Assembly (NCBI GenBank): GCA_010909165.1
Contig: VJWM01000226.1
Coordinates: 231,605-295,604 of the forward strand
Reading direction: 5' to 3'
Source: Anthoceros angustus
Taxonomy: Eukaryota > Plantae > Anthocerotophyta
Length of the DNA stretch: 64,000 nt
Below, piece after piece: positions 1-12,418 of this stretch. A model generated the notes under the pieces. That model did not search any database, had not been told where the DNA came from, and was given only the letters and a program-made list of their open reading frames with translations. Position 1 is the first letter of the stretch; every line of letters begins with the position of its first letter. Made by a program: the position numbers and the translations under genes.

Positions 1-1
1 G

Positions 2-2413
2 GGGAAGCAGCTTCATGCACAGATTCAAGAACAAGGACTTCAAACAGATGATCTTATCGCGAGCAGTTTGATAAGCATGTATGCAAAATGTGGCGGCCTA
101 GAGGATGCTCAGAGTGTGTTTGTGGAACTTGGTAGAAAAACTGTGGTGACCTGGAACGCCATGATAGCAGGATATTCTCAGCAGGGCATGGTGCAGGAAG
201 CCCTTGATGTCTATGGAGCTATGCAAGAAGAGGGCACGTCTACACCTGATTCTGCGACATTTGGGTCCCTCCTTCAGGCATGTGCGAGTGTGGGCACCCT
301 ATTTTTGCAAAAGGGGAAGGAGCTTCATGCTCAGATTAGGGGACTAGGACTTGATGCAGATGTGGCGGTAGTGAACAAACTGGTAGACATGTATGCAAGG
401 TGTGGCAGCCTAGAGGGTGCTCAAGTCTTGTTTGACGGACTGTCTCAGAAAGATGTTGTGACATGGAATGCCATGATAGCAGGATATGCTCGGGAAGGTA
501 TGGGTCAGGAAGCTCTTCGTCTTTATAGTGTTATGCAAGAAGAAGGCATGGCTGCACCCAATTCTGTGACGTTGGTGTCAGTCCTGCAGGCATGTGCAGG
601 TCTGAGCCATCTGGCGCTTGAGAAGGGGAAGCAGCTTCATGCACAGATTAAGGAACAGGGTCTTCAGGATGACGCCGTTGTAGGTGGGAGCATGGTGAAT
701 ATGTATGCAAAGTGTGGGAGCTTAGAGGATGCTAGGAGAGTTTTTGAGGGTCTTGCCCAAAAAACCGTGGTGACCTGGAATGCCATGATTGCAGGGTATT
801 CCCAGCAGGGCATGGGGCAGGAAGGTCTTCTTCTGTACAGTGCTATGCAAGACGAAGGCATTACTCCTCCTGACTCGTTAACATTTGCGTCTGTCCTTCA
901 GGCATGTGCAAGTTTGGGCACCACAGCGCTGGAGAAAGGGAGACAACTTCATGCACAAATTAGGGAGCAAGGGCACGATGCAGATTTATTTGTAGCCAGC
1001 AGTTTGATAAAGATGTATGCAACGTGCGGCAGCTTGGAAGACGCTCGAAGAGTGTTTGACGGGCTTGATGAAAAAGATGTCGTGATGTGGACTTGTTTGA
1101 TAGCAGAGTATTCCAAGCAGGGAATGGGGCAGGAAGCCCTTGATCTTTACAGTGCTATGCAAGGAGAAGGCATCGTGTCACCTGATTTTGTGACATTTTT
1201 GTGCCTTCTACAGGCATGTGCAAGTTTGGGTAATCTAGGTTTGGAGAAGGGAAAGCAGCTTCATGCACAGATCAGAGAAGAAGGACTTCAAGCTGATGTG
1301 TTTGTGGCCAGCGGTCTTGTTAACATGTACGCAAAGTGTGGCAGCATAGAGAATGCTCAGGGCATATTTGATGAACTTGGTCAAAAAACTGTGGTGATGT
1401 GGAATGCCATGATTGCAGGCTATTCTCAACACGGCATGCGGCAGGAAGCCCTTGATATTTTCAAAGCTATGCAAGAAGAAGGCATGGTTGCACCCAATTC
1501 TGTGACATTTGTGTGTCTGCTGCAGGCATGTGCCAATGTGGCAGCATTGCACCTGGGAAGGCAGCTTCATAAACAGATTGAAGAACGTGGGCTTCAAGCT
1601 GATGTGCTTGTCGTCTGCAGTTTGATTAACATGTATGGGAAATGTGGTAGCATGGTTGATGCACAGCAGGCGTTTGATGCATTGCCCGAAAGAACCGTTG
1701 GCATCTGGAGTGCTCTGATTGCAGGATACACCAGACAGGGAGAGAGTGATGTGGTCTTTGACTTGGTATTTAAAATGAGAGAGGATGGCTTACAGCCAGA
1801 CGGCATCACGTTTCTTAGTGTACTAACCGTATGTAGTCATACCGGTCTCGTGGAAAAGGGGCGAGAGTATTTTGATACTATGAGCAAAAAGTATGGCATC
1901 ACTCCCACTACAGCTCACTACACATGCATGGTAGATATCTTGGGTCGTGCAGGACAACTGGACGAGGCACTAGCTTTAGTGAGGACAATGCCTGTAATGC
2001 CTGATGCTGCAGTTTGGCACTCTCTACTGGGTGGTTGTCAAAAGTGGAGCAACGTGGAAGTGGGGCGCCATGCTTTCAAGGAAGCAGTGAAGATAGACCC
2101 TAAAGATGCTACAGCGTATGTGTTGATGTCCAACATATACAACGGTGCCCAGATGTGGGATAAGGCACATAACATGCAGGTGAAGAGGAAACGAATGAGA
2201 GCTTGGAAGCAGCCAGGCCTGAGCTGGTGGACAGACATGGACGGACTGGTGCATAATTTTTCGGTTAAGGATAAGAAACACCGCCCAAGTCAAACAAGTT
2301 TGACATGCGTTTTTCCGCAGATGACAAAAGAAACTGTCGTGCGGTTGGACACGTCACCGGCAGACATTTCTGTTGAAGAGGAAAATTCTATTCGTGTGTC
2401 TCTTGAAAAGTGA
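2..2413 (+). CDS. PLS-class pentatricopeptide repeat protein with E/E+ extension and WW-type PG box (organelle RNA-editing factor); 5' end lies outside the window
   Basis: Frame is open from base 2 (GKQLHAQIQEQG...). Repeated P-L-S triplets (MYAKCGSLEDA..VF / VVTWNAMIAGY / TF.SVLQACA), E domain (W.SLLGGC...YVLMSNIY), then KQPGLSWWTDMDGLVHNF. No introns. Stop at 2411-2413. Confidence 0.95.
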   Translation, partial: GKQLHAQIQEQGLQTDDLIASSLISMYAKCGGLEDAQSVFVELGRKTVVTWNAMIAGYSQQGMVQEALDVYGAMQEEGTSTPDSATFGSLLQACASVGTLFLQKGKELHAQIRGLGLDADVAVVNKLVDMYARCGSLEGAQVLFDGLSQKDVVTWNAMIAGYAREGMGQEALRLYSVMQEEGMAAPNSVTLVSVLQACAGLSHLALEKGKQLHAQIKEQGLQDDAVVGGSMVNMYAKCGSLEDARRVFEGLAQKTVVTWNAMIAGYSQQGMGQEGLLLYSAMQDEGITPPDSLTFASVLQACASLGTTALEKGRQLHAQIREQGHDADLFVASSLIKMYATCGSLEDARRVFDGLDEKDVVMWTCLIAEYSKQGMGQEALDLYSAMQGEGIVSPDFVTFLCLLQACASLGNLGLEKGKQLHAQIREEGLQADVFVASGLVNMYAKCGSIENAQGIFDELGQKTVVMWNAMIAGYSQHGMRQEALDIFKAMQEEGMVAPNSVTFVCLLQACANVAALHLGRQLHKQIEERGLQADVLVVCSLINMYGKCGSMVDAQQAFDALPERTVGIWSALIAGYTRQGESDVVFDLVFKMREDGLQPDGITFLSVLTVCSHTGLVEKGREYFDTMSKKYGITPTTAHYTCMVDILGRAGQLDEALALVRTMPVMPDAAVWHSLLGGCQKWSNVEVGRHAFKEAVKIDPKDATAYVLMSNIYNGAQMWDKAHNMQVKRKRMRAWKQPGLSWWTDMDGLVHNFSVKDKKHRPSQTSLTCVFPQMTKETVVRLDTSPADISVEEENSIRVSLEK

Positions 2414-2942
2414 AACCTTCCTCTCCCAGCTGCAACACGGCAACCGTACCGGTACCCTAAAGGTTTGGTTACTTCTTATCGTCCTTACCCTTAAAAGACC
2501 AAAGATTATCTATACTTATCAATAGTCAATCATACAATATTCACCTAGTATATCTTATATTTACTTAGTACATCCTACCTATAATACGAACGTCAACCAA
2601 AGGATACAAACTTATGGAAGTCATTGTCTAGCTGGTCATGTTTATTTCCCTTCTACAACATCAAAATTGTCCAATTATGCAAGGAGGTTAGTAAAAGAAT
2701 CACCTAAGGGTATGCAGAATTCAAATACCTCGGTCTAATCTACGAAGCCAAGTGGCGTACCCTATGTTATCCCTGACAAGAGGCCCTCGCAGCGCACGTC
2801 AGCAAAGGCCAACTAAATAGATTTCTGCCTTGGGTCGAAGACATATCTACTCATAGAAAACAGCGTGATATACTCTCACTGTCCCTACATACATCCAGAG
2901 AAGGACACCTAAATTATTCTAAAATACATACAATTATAGTAT

Positions 2943-4784
2943 TCAGCTCTTAGGCACTTCCTGGACTTGGAGTGATACCATTTCCCCTTCAGCAAACGCC
3001 TGATCCAACTTCACAAATCCAGACTGCCACCATCTCAACTTTTCTGGCCACCACCTACAAAACAGATACACTCGATCACACACAGGCATCGAGGAGCTAT
3101 GGCACCACCTTGTCATCCACCAGAACCAGAACAGGAGCTCACAGGTCAAATTTTTCTTGCAGGGTGCGCCTAACAGATGCATTCAACCCATACGCTATAG
3201 AGTTGAAGAGCCCCTGCAATCAGACAGATGTAAGAGGCTATCGTACAGGATCAGAGACTGAAAATCACCCCAAAACAGGAAGCCCTTACCATGAGAGCTG
3301 CAGTGCCAATGTGAAGGCAATACAGCCAGAACAGCCGTTGATGTGGTTTCACAAAATCATGAATTCGGTTGATAGTTCCAAATGTCCAGGAGCCTATCAG
3401 AATCAATGGATAATAGCCCCACCTGTTCATGGCCTGAAAAGATGATAACGAAGTTCACAGTGACAGCTAGATAATGGCAAGTAAAGGCTAAGTAATGTTA
3501 TAAGCAACAACCACACCAAACGGGAGGACAAGGTTTGGCATTGAGTTACCTACCTTCATGTCAGCGCGGACCTCAACCTGTCGCTGCCGTTCAGACATGC
3601 CCACTGCCATCTGCAAAAACCAAGTGCTTAAATCAAGCAATATATGACAGATGGAACTAGCGGGCTTGAGCCTGATGACGGAAACAAAAAGCCAGATACT
3701 TACACGGGTTGCATGATTTATCATGCGAATGACTTGAAAGTAAACTGTTCCATTGAACAGTATAGCTCCCCAGAGAGGTACATAGAATGTGATAAACCGC
3801 AGCACCTGGTACCAGAGTTTTGATAGTTGGCATCCATTGTTGCGCAGCGAGCCCTAACCACACTGCAATTGAAGAAAACCACAAAGTTTCCGTACCTTTC
3901 CTGTAGTTGTCTCTGTCCTGACCCAGCACCAAGCACCAGCCGGTCCATAGTCATTTGCAATTGATGGTATGATGGTCATGACCAGCGAGGTCACTGATAA
4001 GAGCACACATCACAATTTCATCATTCGATATCAGAGAGCATCTGCTATGCACGCACACCGAGAGCTCGGAATATGCAAAGTGTCAACTCTCTTTGCGAGC
4101 TGAAATTGAGACATACCCCAGACATACAAGTGATAGATGTGGCCAAGGTCCTCCACATCTGTCTTGTGACGAACAACCGTGCGGTGAAGAGTGAACGCTA
4201 TGGTTGTAGTCCACAGAAAGGACGCCACTGAAAAGAACTGTGTGGTGTAGCCTTGAACAGTGCACAAGAAACCTTCCCCTGGGTCACTGCCATGCTGCCA
4301 ATCAGATTCAGCTTGACAGATAATAGAAGATGGCCAATCTTAAGAAAAGTCCACGGCTCTTGAACCTCTACGCTTATGTTTTCCATTCTTGCGGCACCTA
4401 AGACGAGATGTGCTCACATCTGCGTTTGTCGAAGTTCAAAACCACAAGAAATCATCCACAGACAACCAAAAACCGTGACTATCAGGCTTACCCAAGCAGA
4501 TTGAAGAGGCTGGTGAGCATGTCCTGCAAAAGAAAAGTCCAAGGACAGCGATCGGGCTTAGAAAACCCCTGACCAGGTAAGTGCACTTCACCCGAATTCC
4601 GAGACGAATTCATACCACTTACAGAAAGAGCAAGGTAGAACACCAGCTGGAATGAAAACTTGCGCAACTCCTTGAAACAGATGTAGCAAAGAACAATGAA
4701 GGCGGATCCGATGAACGACAGCACAGATGCGCCCACATTGATATGCGTTAGTGTTCGGGTCTGAGATTCAGTCAATCCCTCCAT
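2943..4784 (-). CDS. GCR1: GCR1-like seven-transmembrane protein (multi-exon)
   Basis: Exon peptides match plant GCR1: INVGASVLSFIGSAFIVLCY..FKELRKFSFQLVFYLALS|DML, QGYTTQFFSVASFLWTTTIAFTLHRTVVRHKTDVEDL, RFITFYVPLWGAILFNG, and C-terminal PEKLRW...EMVSL. GT-AG intron confirmed at 4622-4524. ATG at 4784. Not all exon borders were resolved. Confidence 0.93.
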
Positions 4785-5657
4785 CGTCCGTCACTCGTGC
4801 TATCCGTAGCAGGCCACGAGCCCTCTACAGCCCCGCTATGGTAATAAGGACATCCCAGCCGAAAATCGAATTTCCCCCACGCTTCGGAATCCTCGCAGGC
4901 ACCATGGATAGGATCAAACTCCGGATCACCTGATAGCTCTCAAGTTGCAATCACCGTTGGTGTTATTGATCTTCACTGATCGTTGTCGCCACAATAAGTT
5001 AGTAGCAGAAAAACAACGTGTCAATCAAGACAGAGGAGGAAGACTCAAAGACCTGTAGGGCACGAACACTCAGGTTCCCATCTAAAACCGGAGAGGCAAC
5101 ATACAGTAACAACTTGCCACCTGAAGGGCGGAGGAGTCCAACAACGATAGAAGGAACACTCAAAGACCTAGGTCGAAGACGGACTAAGCTGAAGGTCACC
5201 GATCACGCAATTGTGGAAGGCTTCCAATCTAAAACTGGAGTGGCAACAGAACAACCTGCCAGCTGAACGCCGGATGAATTCACCAACATAAGAAAGCCCC
5301 CAAGAGCGAGGGCCGTCACATCGAAAATAACATCCTAGATCTAGTGTCTGAGCTTCCTTCCCAAGTTTCCAAAATTGAGAATTGACACGGTTACTTCAGG
5401 GGAAAGGTCAAGATCTGGCTCTCCCGGGCTTGGACAGAGAGTGGCATTAACTGCATCTCTCTTTGCTTTTGACTAGAACCCTTCCTATTCGAAGCCAGGT
5501 GAAAGCATCTGTACAGCCAAAACGCGGCTACCAATCCAAGATGAGATAGGTCCATGGACGTCATGGATTGCTGAAGGTGCTAACAGACAACATGATATCT
5601 CCGGATCGTCATCAGGCATTCAACGTGTTGTGAAAAAACACTTTCAGTATGCTACAT

Positions 5658-7215
5658 TTACAGTACACTGACACCTGGGACATAATCCGTGCTGGTGGAC
5701 TCCCATATCACAGTACCGTCACAGGTGCACAGCTTCTTATAGTTTTCTCCTACGCCTGCACTTCTAGCAATAACCGCGGCAGCTATGCCATCTTTACTCT
5801 TCAGTTGGTCATCGTGAAGGACCAAGGCCCTTCCTATCAAATCCCCTACAATCAGCTGTGCTTTGGTCCCCCGGAAATCAGCTTCTCCACTCGCATTGGC
5901 CTCTAAAACACCTAAATCGCCCAGCGGCTGCAGCCAAGACATTCTCAGAAAGGCAAGAGATGGGTACGTCACTAACTATATATGGCAGCTGAGGATAGAG
6001 GAAAGCATACCTCACTACTCTCCGAAGGGTTGTAAACAGGACCGGTAGAGGCAGCCCCTCTCCTCAAGTCACCATAACAGTTGATGGACCAAGCATGGAG
6101 GCCAGGCGGCAGGCCTGTGAAGGAGGCCTCAATCCTTGCAAGTTCCATACTCACCTGGGCGAACCTTACTACTCCATAGATGACTGGGCCTTTGAACTCA
6201 GACACTGCAGCAGATAATGCAAACTCTGAAGCAGCCACACAGCATCCGCTATCAGGTGACGGAAAGGGCACGACCCTGTAAAGTGACATCAGGGCCTGTT
6301 GAGCCATTTCTACTTACGCTCTGCGGAGCCTTGGCCTATCAGTCTGGCTTTACGACCTGACTGCTCAAGAGCTGTTGTTAACTCCCTCAAGGATGTTGAG
6401 CCCAACACCTTGACTACCTGATTGGGAAGATCCACATCCACTGACTTCACCCCTAGTACATCAGCAACAATAGAGCAAACCGTGTTAGCACAAAGTTGGT
6501 TTTTCGGGAACAGAAAAGGCATGCCCAGGATTGGGCAGCATGGACACATACCCTCCAATGGCTCCAGCTTGCCTCTAACTGATTTCACACACCCTTCGCA
6601 TTTCATGTCGACCATGAACTCAGTCTGCAAGAAACGGAACACAAGCACGAGGCACAGGTTAATTCCATGCCACATGCATGGAACATGAAAGCGTGCAGAC
6701 CAGAAAATGCTCACCAGGAGCTCCGGCAAAAACGCACCGTTGCCCTGCTGTGAAGCACACTATAGTCAGCCTTCGCGATTCCCAGCAGCACCTAGAAATC
6801 CATCACCTACAGTGAGCCAAGGGCAGGCGCTGAAGCCAGGTTTTCAATACCTGCGAGGTGGATGTGTCCCCTTGCGTCTCCACAGCCATGTCTTCCGCCA
6901 AGGCGCACCGCAGCACAGGCCACAGCGAGCACGCTCTCGAACCCCTACTGCCACCCAACCTCAAGCTGGACCACCCCAATCCCAGCCCACGCCTGCAGCC
7001 ACCTGTCCGTGGTGAATCCCCTTCCCGTCTCACAGCATGTTCAGCGCCTCGGGCTGGCTGAACATTCGGCGAGATGCCAGACACGGCAAGGCCAGACTGT
7101 GAGGGGGAAAAACTTACTGGAGGTGCACTGAGGAGCAGGTATCTGCAGAGCAGCAGGCGACGGCGGCCACAGCAACAGGCAGCACAGGCCGGCCCAGGAA
7201 TCTTAATGCTGCCAT
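5658..7215 (-). CDS. CCS: Copper chaperone for superoxide dismutase (HMA domain + SOD-like domain + CxC tail), multi-exon
   Basis: Peptides TEFMVDMKCEGCVK (MxCxxC), AAVSEFKGPVIYGVVRFAQVSMELARIEA, PLGDLG.LEA, IARSAGVGENYKKLCTCDGTVIWE. Internal ATG at 6889 (MAVETQ). The upstream ATG at 7215 joins in frame only through a predicted 125-nt intron (7117-6993). Confidence 0.93.
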
Positions 7216-7870
7216 GAGGACCCGAAAAACAGCGTGCACCAAGACGCCTGCTTCATAAGGCAGTGAACTTCACCTGCTCGTTACCAGGCACGTCCGAGTC
7301 GAGTACCTGGAAGCTTCGACGTCAACTTCGTAACCCACGAAGGACCGAGCGATCCAACAAGACTGCTTGCTCTTGTGAATTCAGCTGCCACATGCAAATG
7401 CCGTGCACAAGATAAACGTCACAATTGAATTGAAAGGCCCTTATTGTTGGTGGCTGACTGTCGGGGGCACAAAGGAGGTCACAGGACTCGAGATTTCACG
7501 CCAAAGCAGCACAAATACTTTTATACAGAAACAAATGAGGTACATAGGGCTCCCCGGGGAATACTGGAGATGAAGGTGCCATGCCATCAGAAAGGCCTCT
7601 TGTTGAGAGTCACATGTACAAGATTGGCCAATGATGACAAGACAAGTCGGGAGTGGCGAGATGAGCCACCATCAGGTTGTGACAACGACTGACGGTGACC
7701 CAACAAAGCACTTTACATGACCCCAGAAGATGAGAGCTGGGGCACCAGCACCTGCTACAATCTTCGGCAAGATGGAAGCCCAATACAAGTAGAATATTGG
7801 TAGGGTGGTGAAGAAAAATGGATATTACGTCAGAGAAAAGATGATCACACCAGGAGCCGCCCCGCCCGCC

Positions 7871-8308
7871 CTAACGGACAGGATGGCTGTCATAGTCCAG
7901 GACTTCTGTCTCGGTGATGGACCTGGAAAAGCGTACGATAGCCCGACCCATGGAGTTGATCCAGTCTTCCTTCTCCTTTTCCGTGTCAGCTATGAAGTAC
8001 ATGGTCTCCTTACTTGTGGAAAGCTCAAAGGCGTTCTGCTTGTTCAACACATCTTCAGCACCCTTAATGGTGAGGCAGCTGCCCATGTTGATGACACCCC
8101 TGGGCTTGGAGTTCCTGGACAGAATTCTGTCTTTAAACCAGAAAACCTTGCCCCCCTTCAAAACAAACCACCGCCTGCGCCATGTCTTAATGTACTCCCC
8201 CTGCTTGGTGAGCCAGCCTTCACGGTCCGCATCATGCCAGAACTCCACCTCGACAGGCGGCTCCTCCTTCTTTCCTCTGAAAAAGCTCGCTGCTGCTGCT
8301 GCTGCCAT
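7871..8308 (-). CDS. PH1: Small pleckstrin-homology domain protein (AtPH1-like), single exon
   Basis: 145-aa ORF containing EFWH..REGWLTKQGEYIKTWRRRWFVLK.GK.FWFK, PRGVI, KGAEDVLNKQNAFELST and EKEDWINS.GRAIV. Confidence 0.92.
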   Translation of the reverse strand: MAAAAAASFFRGKKEEPPVEVEFWHDADREGWLTKQGEYIKTWRRRWFVLKGGKVFWFKDRILSRNSKPRGVINMGSCLTIKGAEDVLNKQNAFELSTSKETMYFIADTEKEKEDWINSMGRAIVRFSRSITETEVLDYDSHPVR

Positions 8309-9867
8309 GGACGACCTTCCGGTTGCCAGCAGCTAACATCCACTGACATGCACACAAAATCCAATCCGGTTAGCCGGCAGTTTGCCCAGGCATCATGCTG
8401 TTCCGGTTTCCACGCTACACGCACACAAAACTGCCGTCAAAGCAACCCTGTGCAATCATCCACTTTCCTCCTCCTGTCCCTCAAGCTGCCACGCTCTACA
8501 AATCCCGAAACACCAAACTCCAACACGTACCTACTGCTGCTCCCCAGCTGAGCGCTTCTGGTTGCAGGAAGAATCAAAGGTGCTGGAAGCTGGGAGATGC
8601 CACCGAGGTACTCGCCGAAGCCATGCTCATCACGATCTCCGGAACGCGGGCAGGATCCGGGCCGATGTTCCATCGCTACTCGGCCAAAACCGCAGCCCGC
8701 ATCGCAGCACATGCAACGGCACCAGCTCGCAGGCCTGCAGGAGAGTGCTTGGGCGAGAGGAACCCTTGCTGGCTTTGCCTCGTTTCGACAGATGATGTAG
8801 AATTTTAGGTAGGTCGGAATTTAAATGCATTAAATTCTAATTATGCGATCAGCCGCGGTGAGAGCTGACTAAGTAAATAGGGATGTGCCTATTTGGACGA
8901 AAACCGATCGATGAGAAACTTGGGAGTGCCAACGTCCAATGACAAGTTCTGTTCCAAGAATCCAAAGGGGTTATGGAGTCGCCCATGGGAGGAGCAGTGG
9001 ACATCGGCTGACGGCAGGGCAAGGATGGTGGCAGGGAAGGGAGTTGGGGCTGGCACAGCAGACTTCCAATTTCCCTGGAGCGTTTGCCTCCGGTGTGGCA
9101 AGAAGTGACGAGATGAGTTGGTTCTCGAATGTCGGTAAGCGTGGTGGGTTGTCACCATGTAAATGCCGAATTTTAGGGATTTGAAGGGTAGTGGTAATCA
9201 GCGGCTTTTCTTTTCTGTTCTTTTCTCTTGTTGTTGGGCAGGTTTGGGCAAAGCAGAGGGCAAACCTGGTTTTGATAGAAAGGCATCACTTGGTCCGTGC
9301 CAGCTGGTGGCAGTACTCCGTTTTACTCCATCCCTGTTTGAGAGGCACGGGGATGAGAGCTAATTTCAGGGCAGCCTTCAACCTACGCTTGACATCCTCG
9401 GCGGTGTCCGTGCCGAGTTTGACGAGGCCAGGAGTGAAAAAGGTCAGTAGGGTGCGAGGTGATACACATGTGAGTTACTGTTTTAGGCGAGGGGAGTGAT
9501 TCGTTTGTGCGCGGTACGCAACGCACTACGTGGTGGTATGCTCGAGCCGTTTTGCTCACATCCAGCCACTTGGTGTTGCAGATCCTGAGAGGTTGGTGGT
9601 AGAATTGGTGGTTTATTAGCCGCGGAATGCCAAGAAAAAAAATCTCAAAATCCTGAGAAAATCACCCTTTGTGGCAGTTACGTATTAGGTGACGGGGCCA
9701 GGAAACTGAACAAGTGCCTGCACAAACCAGCATTTACTTTTCCTTCAAAACCAGCCTTTTTTGGTATCCCTGCAGTTACAAGCAAGCAGGCATCGTGAAA
9801 ACGGTGGGAGTGGTGGGAGCAGCGCTTGCGCTTGCGGTGGCAAAGATAGGTCAGAAAACCATGGGCG

Positions 9868-10990
9868 ATGGAGTCGGAGTCGGAGTCGGAGTCGGAGACG
9901 GAGGCCGAGGCGAGACCTAGTCCGAGTTGGGCTAGGGGATGCAGGTCTCACCAGGGACAGGCGCACTCTGGCGGCGCAACTGGACGAAGAAGTCTTTATG
10001 GTAGCCTAGCCTGCACAGAAACCTCGGGCTCGCCCTTGGGGTGCCACTGTGCACAGTCGTCTCGGCCTGCGTCGCTGGCACTGTACGTGTTAGGTCAAAG
10101 CCTTCTTCCGCATACCTACAAATGTACGGGATTGTATGTAGTCCAATCCAGCGTCCAGCGTGCAGCGTGCATGACACGATGTGCAATCGCGGCAGAGGGA
10201 AAGGGAAAGGGAAAGGCACAAATCTGAGGCCCCGGCGGCTGGATGGCTGGCTGGCTGGATGCGGGGCGTGAGCCGGAGCAGGAGGGAGGAGTAGTTCCAG
10301 TGCGCGTCACGACTGGATCACAGTGGTAGACCATGCGAGACATGTGCAACTACCGACGGTGTCGGTTTCGCTTCGGCCTTGGGCACCGCAGGCGGTATTG
10401 TTGGAGCGGTCGCAAGACCCGGGAGGCGTGACGTCCCCCGGTCCCCGGTCGGCGCCCTGGCGTGTGGTCGTGCGCGCGCGGCATATGTACATATGTACTT
10501 GGTTCAGTGTTTCAGTTTGGTGGCCCCAAAAATGCTGGCGGGTCCCGCCACCGCAATTTGGTGCGCGCGGGCGCGGGGACGCGGGTTTGTGTGCAGAACG
10601 AGTGTATATATTTGGGAGCAGGCTACGGTGCGCGTGAGCGAGTGCTCATCCGGAATCAGGATTCTGTCAGTTGGGTCGGGTTCGGTCCGGATTAGATTTT
10701 GCCTGGCAGGGGCAGGTGGAGGGCAGGGGCAGGGGCAGGGGCAGGATGCGACGCGATGCGATGCAACCCGTGCGCCTCCAGCTCGAGGTGCAGCTCCAGG
10801 GTCGCCGCCGCTCCTCGCAGCTCGCAAGCGCTGCTGCCGGTGCCAGTGCCAGTATCAGTGCCACTGCCAGTTCCGCTGCCCACTTCTTTCGCTTGTACGC
10901 ATATGCTTGCTGCTCCTCCGAGCGGTGTACATGTGCGCAGTGCTGTGCCCTTCTTCCCCTTCCCCTTCCCCTTCACCTGGTTGTTGCCTT
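9868..10990. repeat. Cluster of hexamer microsatellites upstream of the DREB2-like gene: (GGAGTC)n, (GGGAAA)n, (GGGGCA)n, (GCCAGT)n, (CCCCTT)n
   Basis: Read directly at ~9870, ~10196, ~10720, ~10840 and ~10955. Confidence 0.8.
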
Positions 10991-11206
10991 GAGACGTCTC
11001 GGAACACAAATCTCCCATCCTATCTATCTGTCTATCTCTCTATCCCTGTTTGCTATTGGCTCAAGGCTCTCTTCCCCCATCCTGCTTCATGGTGCAAGGT
11101 ACCGGTGCGCACTTGCGTGAAGCAACTCCAAGGCAGCTGCGGCTGCGGCAGGCTGTGAATTTGTGTGACTTGCGCGTTTGGTGATCGGTTGGAAGCAAGC
11201 AAGCGC

Positions 11207-12418
11207 ATGGGGCGATCAGCGCGGGCGTCGACGCGGCGGAATAGTTGCAAGCGGGCGGGGTCGATGCGCGGGGCGGGGGGCCCTGACAACGCCAAGTGCA
11301 ATTACCGGGGGGTGAGGCAGCGCACCTGGGGGAAGTGGGTGGCGGAGATTCGCGAGCCCAAGCAGCGCACTCGCCTGTGGCTGGGCTCCTTCGCCACCGC
11401 CGACGAGGCGGCCCTGGCCTACGACCAGGCCGCGCTCAAGCTCTTGGGGCCGCAAGCCCACTTCAACATCCTCTGCGCCAGCCAGGTGATGCAGCTGCTC
11501 GCGGCCGCTGCTGCGCATGCAACGCCGCCGGCTCCACCCTCCGGATCCTGCACCACGTCAACACCTTCCAGTTCCTCCACCTCCACTCCTCCGCCAACAA
11601 CAAGCGCAGCTCGTCCCTCCAGCTCCGCCTCCGGCTCCCCGGGGCCCTCAATGGCAACCACGTCCGATTCGGAATGCTCGGACGGCTACTCCGGATCCCT
11701 GCAGGCTGCAATTTACCATGCCCATGGGCCATCCTCTCGCCACCACCTCCAGCCCGCAGCCGACTTGGACTCCCCCGGATCCGCCTTCGGATTCCCCGTT
11801 CTGCACAGCCCGCGGGCCTTGGAGCTGAGGGGAGCAGCGGTACCGGTACCGGTACCGGTGCATCACCCGGGCCTGAGCCTGGTGGGATGCGCGAGCCCCG
11901 GGGGATTAATATCGGAAAGCCTCGTGCAGCCGAGCTCGCCATCGGCGCCGGGGGGCCTCGGCCTCGGGGATGAGGATGAGGATGAGGAAGCGCTGTTCGG
12001 CGGATGCGGAGTGGTACCAGTGATGGAGTCGCAGCAGGCCTGCACCAGCTCCGCCCACTTCCATCCGGACCTGCAGCTCAAGATATCGCACATGGTGCAG
12101 GACGACGTCGACGACACCTTCTTGGAGCAGCTGGGTGAACTGGACGGCGCCGGCTTCCACACCTACGCGTACGGCGACCAACACCCCTTAAGCTTGCAGC
12201 TGCCCAGCCTAACCCTGCCCTCCAGCCTTCCCCTATCCCTGCTCCAGGAGGACCACACTCTCACCTGCTGCACTAGTACTGCTGCTACCCAGGTCGTGGA
12301 GGACTCATCCTTGGACTCTCCCAGCTCCGGAACCATCGCGGCCTCCCAGCTACCTACATCCCCCGTCCCCTACCCCTGCAATTGGACCCTTCCCTTGCTG
12401 GATTTCGACAATTTCTGA
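11207..12418 (+). CDS. AP2/ERF transcription factor, DREB A-2 (DREB2-like) subgroup
   Basis: Single AP2 domain [44 protein letters not shown], preceded by MRGAGGPDN (resembles the DREB2 GKGGPEN motif), followed by Ser/Pro-rich and acidic tails. First ATG at 11207; the ORF track starts at a GTG at 11165. Confidence 0.9.
   Translation: MGRSARASTRRNSCKRAGSMRGAGGPDNAKCNYRGVRQRTWGKWVAEIREPKQRTRLWLGSFATADEAALAYDQAALKLLGPQAHFNILCASQVMQLLAAAAAHATPPAPPSGSCTTSTPSSSSTSTPPPTTSAARPSSSASGSPGPSMATTSDSECSDGYSGSLQAAIYHAHGPSSRHHLQPAADLDSPGSAFGFPVLHSPRALELRGAAVPVPVPVHHPGLSLVGCASPGGLISESLVQPSSPSAPGGLGLGDEDEDEEALFGGCGVVPVMESQQACTSSAHFHPDLQLKISHMVQDDVDDTFLEQLGELDGAGFHTYAYGDQHPLSLQLPSLTLPSSLPLSLLQEDHTLTCCTSTAATQVVEDSSLDSPSSGTIAASQLPTSPVPYPCNWTLPLLDFDNF

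Noticed and set aside
5000-5270. Short ORFs and weak internal repeats between CCS and GCR1
   Set aside because: No recognisable domain, and the degenerate repeats have inconsistent spacing; most likely UTR or promoter sequence.
8382-11160. Many overlapping 60-260 aa ORFs on both strands
   Set aside because: Explained by GC-rich low-complexity hexamer repeats in the divergent PH1/DREB2 upstream region; no domain signatures.
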